Virus record (IMG/VR): IMGVR_UViG_3300016656_000064
Coordinates: 1-28,905 of that record
From: a virus
Taxonomy: Duplodnaviria > Caudoviricetes
DNA: 28,905 nucleotides
Strand: one strand, 5' to 3'
Shown here: piece by piece, positions 16,596-25,067 of the stretch
How the letters are laid out: every line of letters begins with the position of its first letter
How positions within the stretch are numbered: the stretch's first letter is position 1
The notes under the pieces: model-generated
What the model was told of the DNA's origin: nothing
Seen by the model: only the letters and a program-made list of their open reading frames with translations
Databases searched by the model: none
Program-made: the position numbers and the translations under genes

Positions 16596-17090
16596 ATGTA
16601 CCAGCCGGAACGGTTGGAGCGTTGGAAGATGCCGCGGGACTACTTCGGTGCCGAATGGCCGGAGTATTTCTGCGCTGGTGTCGGGCGCTCCAGGGATTCG
16701 GACTGCTTGGAGGAATCCAACTTCCATTCCATGCTGCGGAAAATCGGTGGGGAGTCGGAAACCGTGAAGGTTGTCCGAGAGTCTCACTGGGCCGTGGGAT
16801 GGGTGGAGTGGATCGCCATCCATGAATCCGATGAAGCGGCCTTGCGGACAGCCGATGGGCTGCGGCAGGGCTTGGATGATTATCCCATCTTGGATGAGGA
16901 AGATCATTCAATGCGGGAGACTGAGGAATGCGAACAGGTGTGGGGTAGCTGCTACTCCTGGCGGGAGCGGCTGCGATACCTGCGGACGCATGACCACACT
17001 GCCGATTTCGGGCAGCTAATGGCGGCAGTCCGCGGAGACTGGCATGCAGCGGCGAATGCCCTGCATTGCCCCTCTGATCTGATTCACTGA
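16596..17090 (+). CDS. Conserved-type early phage protein (RDSD..EESNF, HWAVGWVE, YPILDE)
   Basis: ATG at 16596 with AAGGAG RBS; first gene of the rightward operon. Confidence 0.8.
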   Translation: MYQPERLERWKMPRDYFGAEWPEYFCAGVGRSRDSDCLEESNFHSMLRKIGGESETVKVVRESHWAVGWVEWIAIHESDEAALRTADGLRQGLDDYPILDEEDHSMRETEECEQVWGSCYSWRERLRYLRTHDHTADFGQLMAAVRGDWHAAANALHCPSDLIH

Positions 17091-17096
17091 CGGGAT

Positions 17097-17188
17097 TCGA
17101 TCCCGGGCAGGTGGACGCGGCGAACGGGCGATTGCCCAAGTAAGTCCGAATGCCGCCTGCCCGGGTTCGGTTGCCGTTTCTGGCAGTC
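17097..17188 (+). other. Structured intergenic RNA element
   Basis: GATCCCGGGCAGGTGG pairs with CCGCCTGCCCGGGTTC; inner GGGC-GATT-GCCC hairpin; second G-U-rich hairpin before the RBS. Confidence 0.55.
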
Positions 17189-17210
17189 GGTTCTATTCAT
17201 GGAGGTGCGT

Positions 17211-18023
17211 ATGGTCGCAAGATCACGCACCGCCAAGCCTCTGGGTGTCATTCTGCACCGAGGCCGGTCTGCGTTTGATGGCAGTCCCTATGTGGTCATC
17301 ATGCCGCTGGGGAAGTCTTCCAACAGCAAGACCGGGTCGATGCTCCAGACCTACATCATTAGGTCACATGTCCACCCAGTGGAAGCGGTGCGGTCAGGTG
17401 GGGATGTTGCAATCTGCAACGATTGCCCCATGCGTGGGCTGGTGGCCACGCAGAGGCGCAGGAACCGGAAGAAGAAGAATTTCCGGGCCTGCTATGTCAA
17501 CGTCGGGCAGGGTCCTGCCATGGTTTACGGTGCGTTCAGGCGTGGCCGTTATGTGGACTACGATCCTGCCCTGCATGATCGGTACATCGTCGGGCGGAAG
17601 GTGCGGTTCGGCACCTACGGTGAGCCGGTGATGATTCCGTTGGAACTGGTGCGGCATCTTGCCGGACTTTCCTCCGGGTGGACCGGATACACCCATCAAT
17701 GGGCTAACCCGGCCTATGCGGAGTACCGGCAGTTTCTCATGGCGTCCGTTCACGGTCTTACCGGGCCGTGGTCATACGAGCATGCCAAGTCTCTGGGCTG
17801 GCGAACCTTCCGCACCATGCGGGGCGGTGAGCCGCTGGCCAGCGAGGCCCTGTGTCCTGCCAGCAAAGAGGCAGGGCATCGGTTGTCCTGCCTGACCTGC
17901 AACCTGTGCGATGGTGCGGGTCGGCGCAAGATCGGCTTGGGCCTGCGTGACGTTTACATCCCCGGGCATGGTGGTAAGGCGATTATGTCGGCCGTTGCCA
18001 ACCTGCCCATTCTTCAGGCGTGA
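17211..18023 (+). CDS. Cys-rich conserved phage early protein (possibly Fe-S or Zn binding)
   Basis: NSKTG, CxxCP, CYV, VRFGTYG, WTGYTHQW, CPAS, CxxCxLC motifs; GGAGGT RBS. Confidence 0.8.
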   Translation: MVARSRTAKPLGVILHRGRSAFDGSPYVVIMPLGKSSNSKTGSMLQTYIIRSHVHPVEAVRSGGDVAICNDCPMRGLVATQRRRNRKKKNFRACYVNVGQGPAMVYGAFRRGRYVDYDPALHDRYIVGRKVRFGTYGEPVMIPLELVRHLAGLSSGWTGYTHQWANPAYAEYRQFLMASVHGLTGPWSYEHAKSLGWRTFRTMRGGEPLASEALCPASKEAGHRLSCLTCNLCDGAGRRKIGLGLRDVYIPGHGGKAIMSAVANLPILQA

Positions 18024-18031
18024 GGTGTGAC

Positions 18032-18211
18032 ATGCGACGGGAAACCACTCTGGTGGTGAAGATCACATGGGACAGCGAGGAGGTGCAACGGCCCGGCCAT
18101 TGGGATTGGGCCAACCTCATCGATGTGGAGCGCGGCCATGTGGAGATTGTTGCGGACAGTGACGACCGCCCGGTGTTTCGGGCGGCTGGGGTTCTGGATC
18201 ACGGGAACTAA
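18032..18211 (+). CDS. Small early hypothetical protein
   Basis: GAGGTG RBS plus ATG. Confidence 0.65.
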   Translation: MRRETTLVVKITWDSEEVQRPGHWDWANLIDVERGHVEIVADSDDRPVFRAAGVLDHGN

Positions 18212-18222
18212 GGAGGTGTGAC

Positions 18223-18495
18223 ATGGTGGCGATTACGAGCAAGTATCACGGGCCGACGAACATTCGGGGTTCCTGCGTGCGGGCCATGGCTAACGGGCAG
18301 TTCGCTGTGGCACCGTATGCGAGTGAGTTAGACAGCGAGGCCAACCACCGGGAGGCGGTGCGGCGGCTGTGCGCCAAGCTCGGCTGGGATGCGGATCGGT
18401 TCTTCGGCGGTGCGATGGATGATGGGAGATGGGCGTGGGTTCCTGTCTTCCCGTACGACTGGGAGCAGCGACAGAAAGAGGTGACACATGCGTGA
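18223..18495 (+). CDS. Small early protein (ITSKYHGPTN.RGS motif)
   Basis: GGAGGTG RBS; motif common in phage early genes. Confidence 0.8.
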   Translation: MVAITSKYHGPTNIRGSCVRAMANGQFAVAPYASELDSEANHREAVRRLCAKLGWDADRFFGGAMDDGRWAWVPVFPYDWEQRQKEVTHA

Positions 18496-18814
18496 TGCCG
18501 TCAGTCTTGGTGCTACCCCCTACGGGGAAGCGTGTGCGTCGGTCGGTGATGAGGACTACATGAAGCGTGCCCGGGCGGAATGCCGGGCCTACATCGGGCA
18601 GCTAACCCGCATGTTCGGTGAACTGCCGGATGGGTGCAGGCTGATCATCCGTAGCTGTCCCCATGATTTCGGATCGTATCTGGATGTGGAGGCAGTGTTC
18701 GATTCCGACAACGAGCCTGCCGTGCGGTTTGCATACCGCATGGAGGATGGATTGCCGGAACTGTGGGATTCAGAGGCAAGAGAGGAACTGGGATTGGAGG
18801 TGAGTGATGTCTGA
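18488..18814 (+). CDS. Small early protein (PHDFGSY motif)
   Basis: RBS, overlap coupling. Confidence 0.8.
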   Translation: MRDAVSLGATPYGEACASVGDEDYMKRARAECRAYIGQLTRMFGELPDGCRLIIRSCPHDFGSYLDVEAVFDSDNEPAVRFAYRMEDGLPELWDSEAREELGLEVSDV

Positions 18815-19130
18815 AAGCGTGACCGTGGGGCAGGTCCCCGTGCGTGATAACTGGGCGGTGCGATGCCAAGTCTCCTACTACAAGGGGCGGGGCTACTTCT
18901 TCAGCGCCGACCCCGTGGAGGATTTGGGAGATGGTCTGATCTCTATCCGCCTCAGCATGCTGGGCCTGCGGCCGGAGCTATTGCAGGAAGCCAAGCGATT
19001 CTCCCGCAAGACGTTCGATCAGCTGGTGTCGCAGATGCGGGATGCCTGCAACGCGGGGGCTCCGGTTGTGGAGCGGCATGTGGCCGATGCGACTGAACGT
19101 GTGCCAAAGGAGGTGCAGCATGTTGGATAA
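18807..19130 (+). CDS. Small early hypothetical protein
   Basis: GGAGGTG RBS, overlap coupling. Confidence 0.75.
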   Translation: MSESVTVGQVPVRDNWAVRCQVSYYKGRGYFFSADPVEDLGDGLISIRLSMLGLRPELLQEAKRFSRKTFDQLVSQMRDACNAGAPVVERHVADATERVPKEVQHVG

Positions 19131-19377
19131 GCAGGTGTTCGATGCCCTGGCCGACAGCCAAGAAGGTGGGCAGTGCCTTGCCCGCCGGCTGAAACAACAG
19201 CCCATTGAGGATCAGCATGACTGGGGCGATGCCCTGTCGGATGTGATCTTGGGCGCGTACCGGGATGCCGATGATCGGGCCGATCTGATGACGCATCTTC
19301 AGTATTGCATCAGTGAGTTGGAGTCTGCGTTGTCTGCCGTCAGGAAACTGGAGGAATCCCATGTGCCCAATGTGTGA
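19120..19377 (+). CDS. Small early hypothetical protein
   Basis: AGGAGGT RBS, ATG at 19120. Confidence 0.7.
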   Translation: MLDKQVFDALADSQEGGQCLARRLKQQPIEDQHDWGDALSDVILGAYRDADDRADLMTHLQYCISELESALSAVRKLEESHVPNV

Positions 19378-19475
19378 CTGCTGCGAGGTGGCCTGGGCTG
19401 CCCCGCTTGGTTCTCTCTGGCATGCCTGCTGTCGGGCATGTGGATGGGTGTTTACCTTTGAACAGGAGGAGTGCG

Positions 19476-19652
19476 ATGAGTGCCCATGATGATGCGTGGT
19501 ATCGGGAAAAGGCTGACCGCACGCTGCACCGCGATGGCGAATTGGAGTTCGATGATGGCGCCGTGGTGTCCCGTGGTGCAGACAACGGAGCCTACGTTCA
19601 GTGTTGGGCATGGGTTGAGGATGACCCAGAGGACTTGGAGGATGACGAATGA
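19476..19652 (+). CDS. Small acidic early protein (GAYVQCWAWV motif)
   Basis: AGGAGG RBS, ATG at 19476. Confidence 0.75.
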   Translation: MSAHDDAWYREKADRTLHRDGELEFDDGAVVSRGADNGAYVQCWAWVEDDPEDLEDDE

Positions 19653-19834
19653 CCGCACATGACTGCATCGCCTGCGAGCGGCTATTGCTGCGGGCGAAAG
19701 CGTTGATTGATGAGGCTCTGTGGCAGCACATCTACGACAAAGACAACCGGGAACTGCCTGAAAAGAACTGCGACTATTCGCAGTGGCTGACCGACTGTGA
19801 TCGATTCCTATTAGGCGAGGAGGTTACGACATGA
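19649..19834 (+). CDS. Small early hypothetical protein
   Basis: ATGA coupling at both ends. Confidence 0.7.
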   Translation: MTAHDCIACERLLLRAKALIDEALWQHIYDKDNRELPEKNCDYSQWLTDCDRFLLGEEVTT

Positions 19835-20043
19835 GTTACCGACCGATGGTGAAGGTGGGCAATGAGTGGGCTGGCAACGGCATTCGGTTTGCCACCCGTG
19901 AAGAGGCAGAGGCGTCGGCCCGTGATCTGTACGGACGGTGGACGCTGTGTGTGGATCACCGGGCAGATGAGTCCGATGATCCGGTAAACTGTGAGTGGGA
20001 TTCGACCCGTGGCAATGTGCATTTGGAGGTGGTCAATGCCTGA
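19831..20043 (+). CDS. Small early protein (WAGNGIRFATREEA motif)
   Basis: GGAGGT RBS, ATGA coupling. Confidence 0.8.
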   Translation: MSYRPMVKVGNEWAGNGIRFATREEAEASARDLYGRWTLCVDHRADESDDPVNCEWDSTRGNVHLEVVNA

Positions 20044-20269
20044 CAATCATTTCGCGGAACTGTTCCGGCTGGTGAGCCATGCCTTGGCAACTGGCAAGCG
20101 CAAAGATGTGCGGGATGACATCCTTGCGGCGCATATGTACGACCGGCCGCAGGGATTCATTACCCGTGAGACTAGCGGGCTGGTGCGACAGTACCGAAAC
20201 AGCGTGTCTCCAGATCCAGCCCACCTAATTAAGGCGGCGCTGGAATACACGGAGGAGGTGACCGTATGA
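20036..20269 (+). CDS. Small early hypothetical protein
   Basis: GGAGGT RBS, ATG at 20036. Confidence 0.7.
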   Translation: MPDNHFAELFRLVSHALATGKRKDVRDDILAAHMYDRPQGFITRETSGLVRQYRNSVSPDPAHLIKAALEYTEEVTV

Positions 20270-20709
20270 TCCTGGAATACAGCATGTTCCGATTCAGTGA
20301 TGACTATCCGACTGCCGAGGGTGTGTCGGAGATGATCATGCAGTCGTGCGTCCCGCGTGGGGATCGGCCGTCCGATGATGACGACCACACTGCACTGATC
20401 CGGTCGCTGGTCAATGCGGCCTATCATCTGCGGTGCATTGAGCAGGCCGAGGAGGTGGACGACACCGAGGTGTGCGTTCGCACGGTGGACGATCCCGGTC
20501 GCATGTTCATGGATCGCTACGCCAAGGCATGCCAAAAGATTGGCGAGCGGTGCGACGAGGGCGATGTATGGTGGGAAGACTGGTGGCCCACCGATTGCAT
20601 GTGGCATCAAGATGACATCGCCCGGCTGGCCCGGTTGAAGGCTGGCGAAACGTGGGCTGTGCGGCGGCAGTTGCGGGAGATGTTTGCAAAGAAGGAGGGC
20701 AGCACATGA
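20266..20709 (+). CDS. Early hypothetical protein (147 aa)
   Basis: GGAGGT RBS, ATGA coupling. Confidence 0.75.
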   Translation: MILEYSMFRFSDDYPTAEGVSEMIMQSCVPRGDRPSDDDDHTALIRSLVNAAYHLRCIEQAEEVDDTEVCVRTVDDPGRMFMDRYAKACQKIGERCDEGDVWWEDWWPTDCMWHQDDIARLARLKAGETWAVRRQLREMFAKKEGST

Positions 20710-20999
20710 CATCCGGCGACCTCGCCAAGATGGCCCGAGCCGCAGGCGTGATTGAGTCTGTGCTGGGCAAGGACTTTGTGTGCTACACCCGGCCTGAGTT
20801 CGACGGGGAGTATGGCAAGGGTGCCTTGCTCATCCTTCAGCACTACCGGGGTGATCCGCTGTGGCCGTATGTGAACTACGACGGCCAGCAGTATGACAAG
20901 ATCGAACAGTTGGCCGATGCGTTGTCGGCCGCTGGGTTCTGGGTGGAGGACTGCACGGGGTGGTACTCCGCTGTGTATGAGAAGGAGGTTGTGACATGA
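20706..20999 (+). CDS. Small early hypothetical protein
   Basis: AGGAGG RBS, ATGA coupling. Confidence 0.75.
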   Translation: MTSGDLAKMARAAGVIESVLGKDFVCYTRPEFDGEYGKGALLILQHYRGDPLWPYVNYDGQQYDKIEQLADALSAAGFWVEDCTGWYSAVYEKEVVT

Positions 21000-21250
21000 G
21001 CGGCCCGAAAACTGCTGCCCGAAAGCCATGGGGATTGCAGATGCTGAACATGGTGTATGTCCCCATGTTTCGTTCCCCCCGCAGCAGCAATGCTGGGGTG
21101 GAAGGTGACTTCGATTCGGAGGAAGACGCGCTGTGGCAGGCTGTGCGACTGAATATCGCCAATGCCCACAAGATTCTCGGCCATGTGGCCATGGACCACG
21201 CGATGTTGCAGCGGGGCCACGCGGCAGCGGTGGAGGTGGCCAATGCCTGA
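20996..21250 (+). CDS. Small early hypothetical protein
   Basis: AGGAGGT RBS, ATGA coupling. Confidence 0.7.
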   Translation: MSGPKTAARKPWGLQMLNMVYVPMFRSPRSSNAGVEGDFDSEEDALWQAVRLNIANAHKILGHVAMDHAMLQRGHAAAVEVANA

Positions 21251-21485
21251 CTACAGGTTGATCGGATACTACGACGACACCGGACAGGTCTACGACGGCC
21301 GCTACGACGGCGACACTGCGGAGGATGCGGTTGCTCTTTGCCGAGATAGCATCTACCCGCAGGAGCGCGAGACGCTTGTGCTCGTTGCGATCTTAGATGA
21401 GCGAGGCGACAACGTGTATGAACCCGACACTGCCAGTTACATTACCGACTGGCCAGACCCGGAGACTACCGATGCCAATGATTAA
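21243..21485 (+). CDS. Small acidic early protein
   Basis: GGAGGT RBS, ATG at 21243. Confidence 0.7.
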   Translation: MPDYRLIGYYDDTGQVYDGRYDGDTAEDAVALCRDSIYPQERETLVLVAILDERGDNVYEPDTASYITDWPDPETTDAND

Positions 21486-21627
21486 CTGGACTGCTGACCA
21501 AGCCGAGGACGATCGGCAAATGATCCTAGATCGCATCGACTGGGTGATAGCGCGGCGACCTTCGCCGTCCCTGATTGCTCTGGAGAGCGCACTGCGTGAC
21601 ATACTGAAGAAACTGGAGGCTGCATAA
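21472..21627 (+). CDS. Small early hypothetical protein
   Basis: GGAG RBS, overlap coupling. Confidence 0.6.
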   Translation: MPMINWTADQAEDDRQMILDRIDWVIARRPSPSLIALESALRDILKKLEAA

Positions 21628-21805
21628 GCCAACGATTGAACTGACCGACGAGCAGGCCGAGGAGTTGAAGACGGCCGTCCGATTTGCCTTGGAAGACCTG
21701 GAGAAACTGATGGTGTCACCGTACTCCACCGCTGAAGACGCGGATGAAGTTGACCGCGTGCGCCCCATCCTGTCCGACATCCTTCACCTACTGGAGATTG
21801 CGTGA
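21623..21805 (+). CDS. Small helical protein lacking a canonical start (..KPTIELTDEQAEELK..)
   Basis: Open frame fills the gap, resembles paralogues at 22336 and 22572, stop coupled to next ATG. Confidence 0.5.
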   Translation, partial: HKPTIELTDEQAEELKTAVRFALEDLEKLMVSPYSTAEDADEVDRVRPILSDILHLLEIA

Positions 21806-21996
21806 TGCTCCCACTCAAAGTGCTGTCTGAAAGCGAAGCCGCGCAGGAACTGCGGGACATGATCGACGGGTTTGACCTGGATGATCTTGCCCATATGTGC
21901 AGTGAACTTACTTGTTACGAGGGACTGCGTGTGGTTGTGCGAATGGGCGATGTTGATTCGGCTGCGTGGGTTGACGGCCGGTGTATCGACCAGTAA
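21805..21996 (+). CDS. Small early hypothetical protein
   Basis: TGATG coupling, GGAG RBS. Confidence 0.65.
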   Translation: MLPLKVLSESEAAQELRDMIDGFDLDDLAHMCSELTCYEGLRVVVRMGDVDSAAWVDGRCIDQ

Positions 21997-22012
21997 AGAA
22001 AGGATCGAAGTG

Positions 22013-22336
22013 ATGGCAAATACACCTGGGCCGTGGTACGCAAACGGAGATTGCATCGAAGCCGATGGGCCGGAGGGACCGCGTGACCTGACGGTTGCCA
22101 CGGCGGTGCGATTCCGCCACGCAGCGTGCGACCTAGACATAAGCCGTGAGGAGTGGCAGTCCAACGCCCGCCTCATTGCGGCTGCACCAGAGATGCTTGC
22201 CGTGTGCAAAGCCATCGCCAGCGACCTGAGTTTGTTTCAGTTTACGGATGGAGAGTACAGACTGAGCGAATGGCCTGCGGGCGTGATCCTGCAATCTCTT
22301 CGGGAGGTGATTGCCAAAGCAGAAGGGAGGGAGTGA
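22013..22336 (+). CDS. Phage protein of the TPGPW...NARLIAAAPE family
   Basis: Both signature motifs present. Confidence 0.85.
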   Translation: MANTPGPWYANGDCIEADGPEGPRDLTVATAVRFRHAACDLDISREEWQSNARLIAAAPEMLAVCKAIASDLSLFQFTDGEYRLSEWPAGVILQSLREVIAKAEGRE

Positions 22337-22572
22337 TGCCGACTGTTGAATTTACCCATGGTCAGCTTCTGGGGACCGCCGAGGCGGTGATGCATCGCAT
22401 CAACCAGTTGGACCGGAGGTTGCGAGACTCTCCTCAGCAACTGAGTGACGACGATGCCGCTGCGGTGCGGGCCATGTTGGCCACGCTTCGGGACGTTGCG
22501 CACCTGCTGGAGCGTCCGATCTTGCAGCATGCGTACGAATGTGCCACCAAGAAACAGACCGGGAGGGAGTGA
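22336..22572 (+). CDS. Small helical early protein
   Basis: GGGAGG RBS, TGATG coupling. Confidence 0.7.
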   Translation: MPTVEFTHGQLLGTAEAVMHRINQLDRRLRDSPQQLSDDDAAAVRAMLATLRDVAHLLERPILQHAYECATKKQTGRE

Positions 22573-22769
22573 TGATCACCGTGCAGTTGACCCCGCAGCA
22601 GTTCTTCTACCTGAAGGCTGCGATCAAACGGGACGAGGCCGAACTGGAGGAGATGGCCCCGTGGGATATCGATGACAACACGGAGCTGCACGCCGAGGAA
22701 TTACGGCGGTGCCGGGAGGTGGGTAGACTCCTCTCTGTAGTGGAGCAGGAGCAGGTAGTGAAACACTGA
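22572..22769 (+). CDS. Small helical early protein
   Basis: GGGAGG RBS, TGATG coupling. Confidence 0.7.
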   Translation: MITVQLTPQQFFYLKAAIKRDEAELEEMAPWDIDDNTELHAEELRRCREVGRLLSVVEQEQVVKH

Positions 22770-22780
22770 GGAGGTGAGTG

Positions 22781-23056
22781 ATGGCAGGATGGACTAAGAA
22801 GCAGCTATCCGACATGCACGCTGACTACAAAAGCTGGCATGGGCCGAAGCATCCGGAGGGTGTGATCGGCCTTGCCACATTCCGGCAGCGGCTGAAGTCC
22901 TTTGAATCCGTGATCGATCCTTGGATCACGGGCGAGGGTAGCCGTGAAGAAGCGATCAGAGATTGGTGCAACGACAACGGCATGAGTCCATCGGCCGGGA
23001 TCAGGAGTTTCACAGTGATGTTCCAATTGGTCGATGCGATCCATGCGATTTCATAG
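22781..23056 (+). CDS. Small early hypothetical protein
   Basis: GGAGGTG RBS. Confidence 0.7.
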   Translation: MAGWTKKQLSDMHADYKSWHGPKHPEGVIGLATFRQRLKSFESVIDPWITGEGSREEAIRDWCNDNGMSPSAGIRSFTVMFQLVDAIHAIS

Positions 23057-23066
23057 GAGGTGCGTG

Positions 23067-23294
23067 ATGGTTGATGCGTGGTTGGTGCGTGGATACAAGC
23101 TGCCGTACGAACTTGCCCCACTGTGGGGCGAGGCCAATCGCCGTGTGTTGGGCTCCCGAAGGCTGCGTGATTACTTGGACATCATCATGGCTGAAGGCTA
23201 TGTGAGCGAAGATCACCTGCGTTGGGTGATCCGCGGGAGGGTTGGCGAGATTGAGAGCTGGGCCAAGCAGATTAAGGAGGACAGTGATGGCTAA
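23067..23294 (+). CDS. Small early hypothetical protein
   Basis: AGGAGGT RBS. Confidence 0.7.
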   Translation: MVDAWLVRGYKLPYELAPLWGEANRRVLGSRRLRDYLDIIMAEGYVSEDHLRWVIRGRVGEIESWAKQIKEDSDG

Positions 23295-23760
23295 GAAGAA
23301 GGCTGCAAAGAGGAGGCCGCAGAGCGTGATGCTGCGGTTCATCTCCGATCCCGGCCATGGCTGGCTGGAGGTTCCGAAGTCTCTGTGCAAGAAGCTTGGC
23401 CTGGGGACAGACTTCCCCAGCCGCGGGGACTTCTGCTACTTGGAGGAGGACGCCGAGTGTACGGACTTCGACCGTGCCGCCAAGCGGAATGGCGTATCGT
23501 TCACCACGGCCGAGCATGAGGTGGATGACTTCGACCACTGGCTGGGCGGGGAGCAGTGGCCGTACATCCCGGCCGCAGTCTACGGTAAAGACAGGACGCT
23601 GGTGTGCAGCGCCTTGGAATCCATGGGGAACGACATGAAGCGGTGCCACTTGGATGAGACGTACAGCGCCGGCCACCGCAAGGCCTACCGCCAGATGTGG
23701 GAGGACTGCGTTCGGCTGACGATGATGTTTGACACCATGAACGGAGTGGGAGGCAAGTGA
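23287..23760 (+). CDS. Early protein with DPGHGWL...YLEED motif
   Basis: AAGGAGG RBS; motif recurrent in phage/plasmid early proteins. Confidence 0.8.
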   Translation: MAKKKAAKRRPQSVMLRFISDPGHGWLEVPKSLCKKLGLGTDFPSRGDFCYLEEDAECTDFDRAAKRNGVSFTTAEHEVDDFDHWLGGEQWPYIPAAVYGKDRTLVCSALESMGNDMKRCHLDETYSAGHRKAYRQMWEDCVRLTMMFDTMNGVGGK

Positions 23761-23780
23761 CCTAGCAAAGGAGGGACCCT

Positions 23781-23927
23781 ATGAATCGATGGTGGACCGA
23801 CGCCAACATGGAGGAGGCGATCCGGCTACTGGTTCTGTGTGAGCGGGCATTGGCAGGCAGGGAAGACGTGGACTTCCTGTACCGCCAAGTCCGCTTGTTT
23901 CTTAGTGAGAGTATGAGCAATGCCTAA
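23781..23927 (+). CDS. Small hypothetical protein (48 aa)
   Basis: Below track cutoff; AAGGAGG RBS, overlaps next start. Confidence 0.6.
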   Translation: MNRWWTDANMEEAIRLLVLCERALAGREDVDFLYRQVRLFLSESMSNA

Positions 23928-24195
23928 GCAGTGGCAGCGATGTGAGGAATGCGGGGCGAACTTTGAAGCGTACGCCTGCCAGAAGCGCAAATACTGTGGC
24001 CGGCAGTGCAGTGGCAAGCATTCAACCAGCATGCAGACCTGCCCGCTGCGGAGATACCGGGCGTCTCTGAGTAAGGCCGGTGTGAAGGATGCGGTGCTGC
24101 GGCTGGTGGGTGAGGGGGTGCATCAGTCCGAGGTCGCAAGGCGGCTAGGGGTCAGCCGGCAGCGTGTCAGTCAGATCGTAGCAAGGAGTAAGTGA
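23920..24195 (+). CDS. Zn-finger plus helix-turn-helix DNA-binding protein
   Basis: CxxC...CxxxC then QSEVARRLGVSRQRVSQI HTH. Confidence 0.8.
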   Translation: MPKQWQRCEECGANFEAYACQKRKYCGRQCSGKHSTSMQTCPLRRYRASLSKAGVKDAVLRLVGEGVHQSEVARRLGVSRQRVSQIVARSK

Positions 24196-24407
24196 TGGAT
24201 ACCTGGGTATTGGTCAGGCCGCACGGGCCTGTGGTGCGGGGGAAGAAAGGCGATGTCCCTTTGGGGCATGCCGAACAAAAGACATGGGCGACAAAGCAAT
24301 CTGCCAAGGCAGCGGAGCGGCGGCTTCGCCAGCAGGGCGAAACGTACTGGACGATGCGTGAGGAGACGGCGAGGCGATGGGAGTGGGATGCGGACTTACC
24401 TTTTTAA
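24195..24407 (+). CDS. Small hypothetical protein
   Basis: AAGGAG RBS, TGATG coupling. Confidence 0.65.
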   Translation: MDTWVLVRPHGPVVRGKKGDVPLGHAEQKTWATKQSAKAAERRLRQQGETYWTMREETARRWEWDADLPF

Positions 24408-24414
24408 TGGAGGG

Positions 24415-24789
24415 ATGATGATTGATTTCACTGATGATTTCGATGCGGTTGATTGGTTGGGTGCAACAACCGTTTTTGGCCGGATGTTTCAGCATCCGAT
24501 CAACTTGCGCAAGACAGGCCAGCATCTTGCTGAGATTCAGCGGATCGCCAAGCAGCCTGGAACTGCGGCCGAGATGGCCGAAGCGTGGCAGCAGTTGCAG
24601 GTTGGCATCGGGCCGGCTTTCCTTGTGGAGCTGTTCGGCTCCGGCGAATTCCGTGAGGTTTGCCCAACGCCCAATGGAACGCCAACGCCCCCACCCATGG
24701 ACGATGTGCTGACGGTGTGGACCGACAAGGACGGCAAGCGTGTTGTCGCCCAAGACAAGGCCACTCACTACCTGTTTGTTGTGGAGTGA
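24415..24789 (+). CDS. Hypothetical protein
   Basis: GGAGG RBS, ATG at 24415/24418. Confidence 0.7.
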   Translation: MMIDFTDDFDAVDWLGATTVFGRMFQHPINLRKTGQHLAEIQRIAKQPGTAAEMAEAWQQLQVGIGPAFLVELFGSGEFREVCPTPNGTPTPPPMDDVLTVWTDKDGKRVVAQDKATHYLFVVE

Positions 24790-24792
24790 CCA

Positions 24793-24990
24793 ATGTTGCA
24801 AGACGCATGGAGGTGTTTGCTGGTTCTGATTGTGATGGCGGCGTGGAAGGACAACGGGGTTTCCTACACGCCTCCGCAGGTGTACAATTATCCACCACAG
24901 TATCAGCCGGTGGTGGAGGATCGCCCGTTCCAGCGTGTCGGTCGGGCGACCATGGAGTTGGCTGAGTCATTATGGAAGGTTGTCAGATGA
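24793..24990 (+). CDS. Small protein with N-terminal hydrophobic segment
   Basis: CLLVLIVMAAW; GGAG RBS. Confidence 0.6.
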   Translation: MLQDAWRCLLVLIVMAAWKDNGVSYTPPQVYNYPPQYQPVVEDRPFQRVGRATMELAESLWKVVR

Positions 24991-25064
24991 GCGAGCTTAT
25001 GGATTTCAGTCTGGCCTGCGTGATGATGGGCTTTATCTTCTGGGTGTCCACGCTGAAGGGGTGA
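24987..25064 (+). CDS. 25-aa hydrophobic micro-ORF
   Basis: MSELMDFSLACVMMGFIFWVSTLKG, ATGA-coupled, fills the gap before the recombinase. Confidence 0.4.
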   Translation: MSELMDFSLACVMMGFIFWVSTLKG

Positions 25065-25067
25065 AGC

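Noticed and set aside
17091-17170. tRNA-like TTCGA loop
   Set aside because: No cloverleaf, D-arm or acceptor stem can be built; kept only as an unassigned structured element
19427-19441. Hairpin CATGCCTG-ctgt-CGGGCATG in an early intergenic gap (starts near 19420)
   Set aside because: Short, no U-tract, plausible by chance at this GC content
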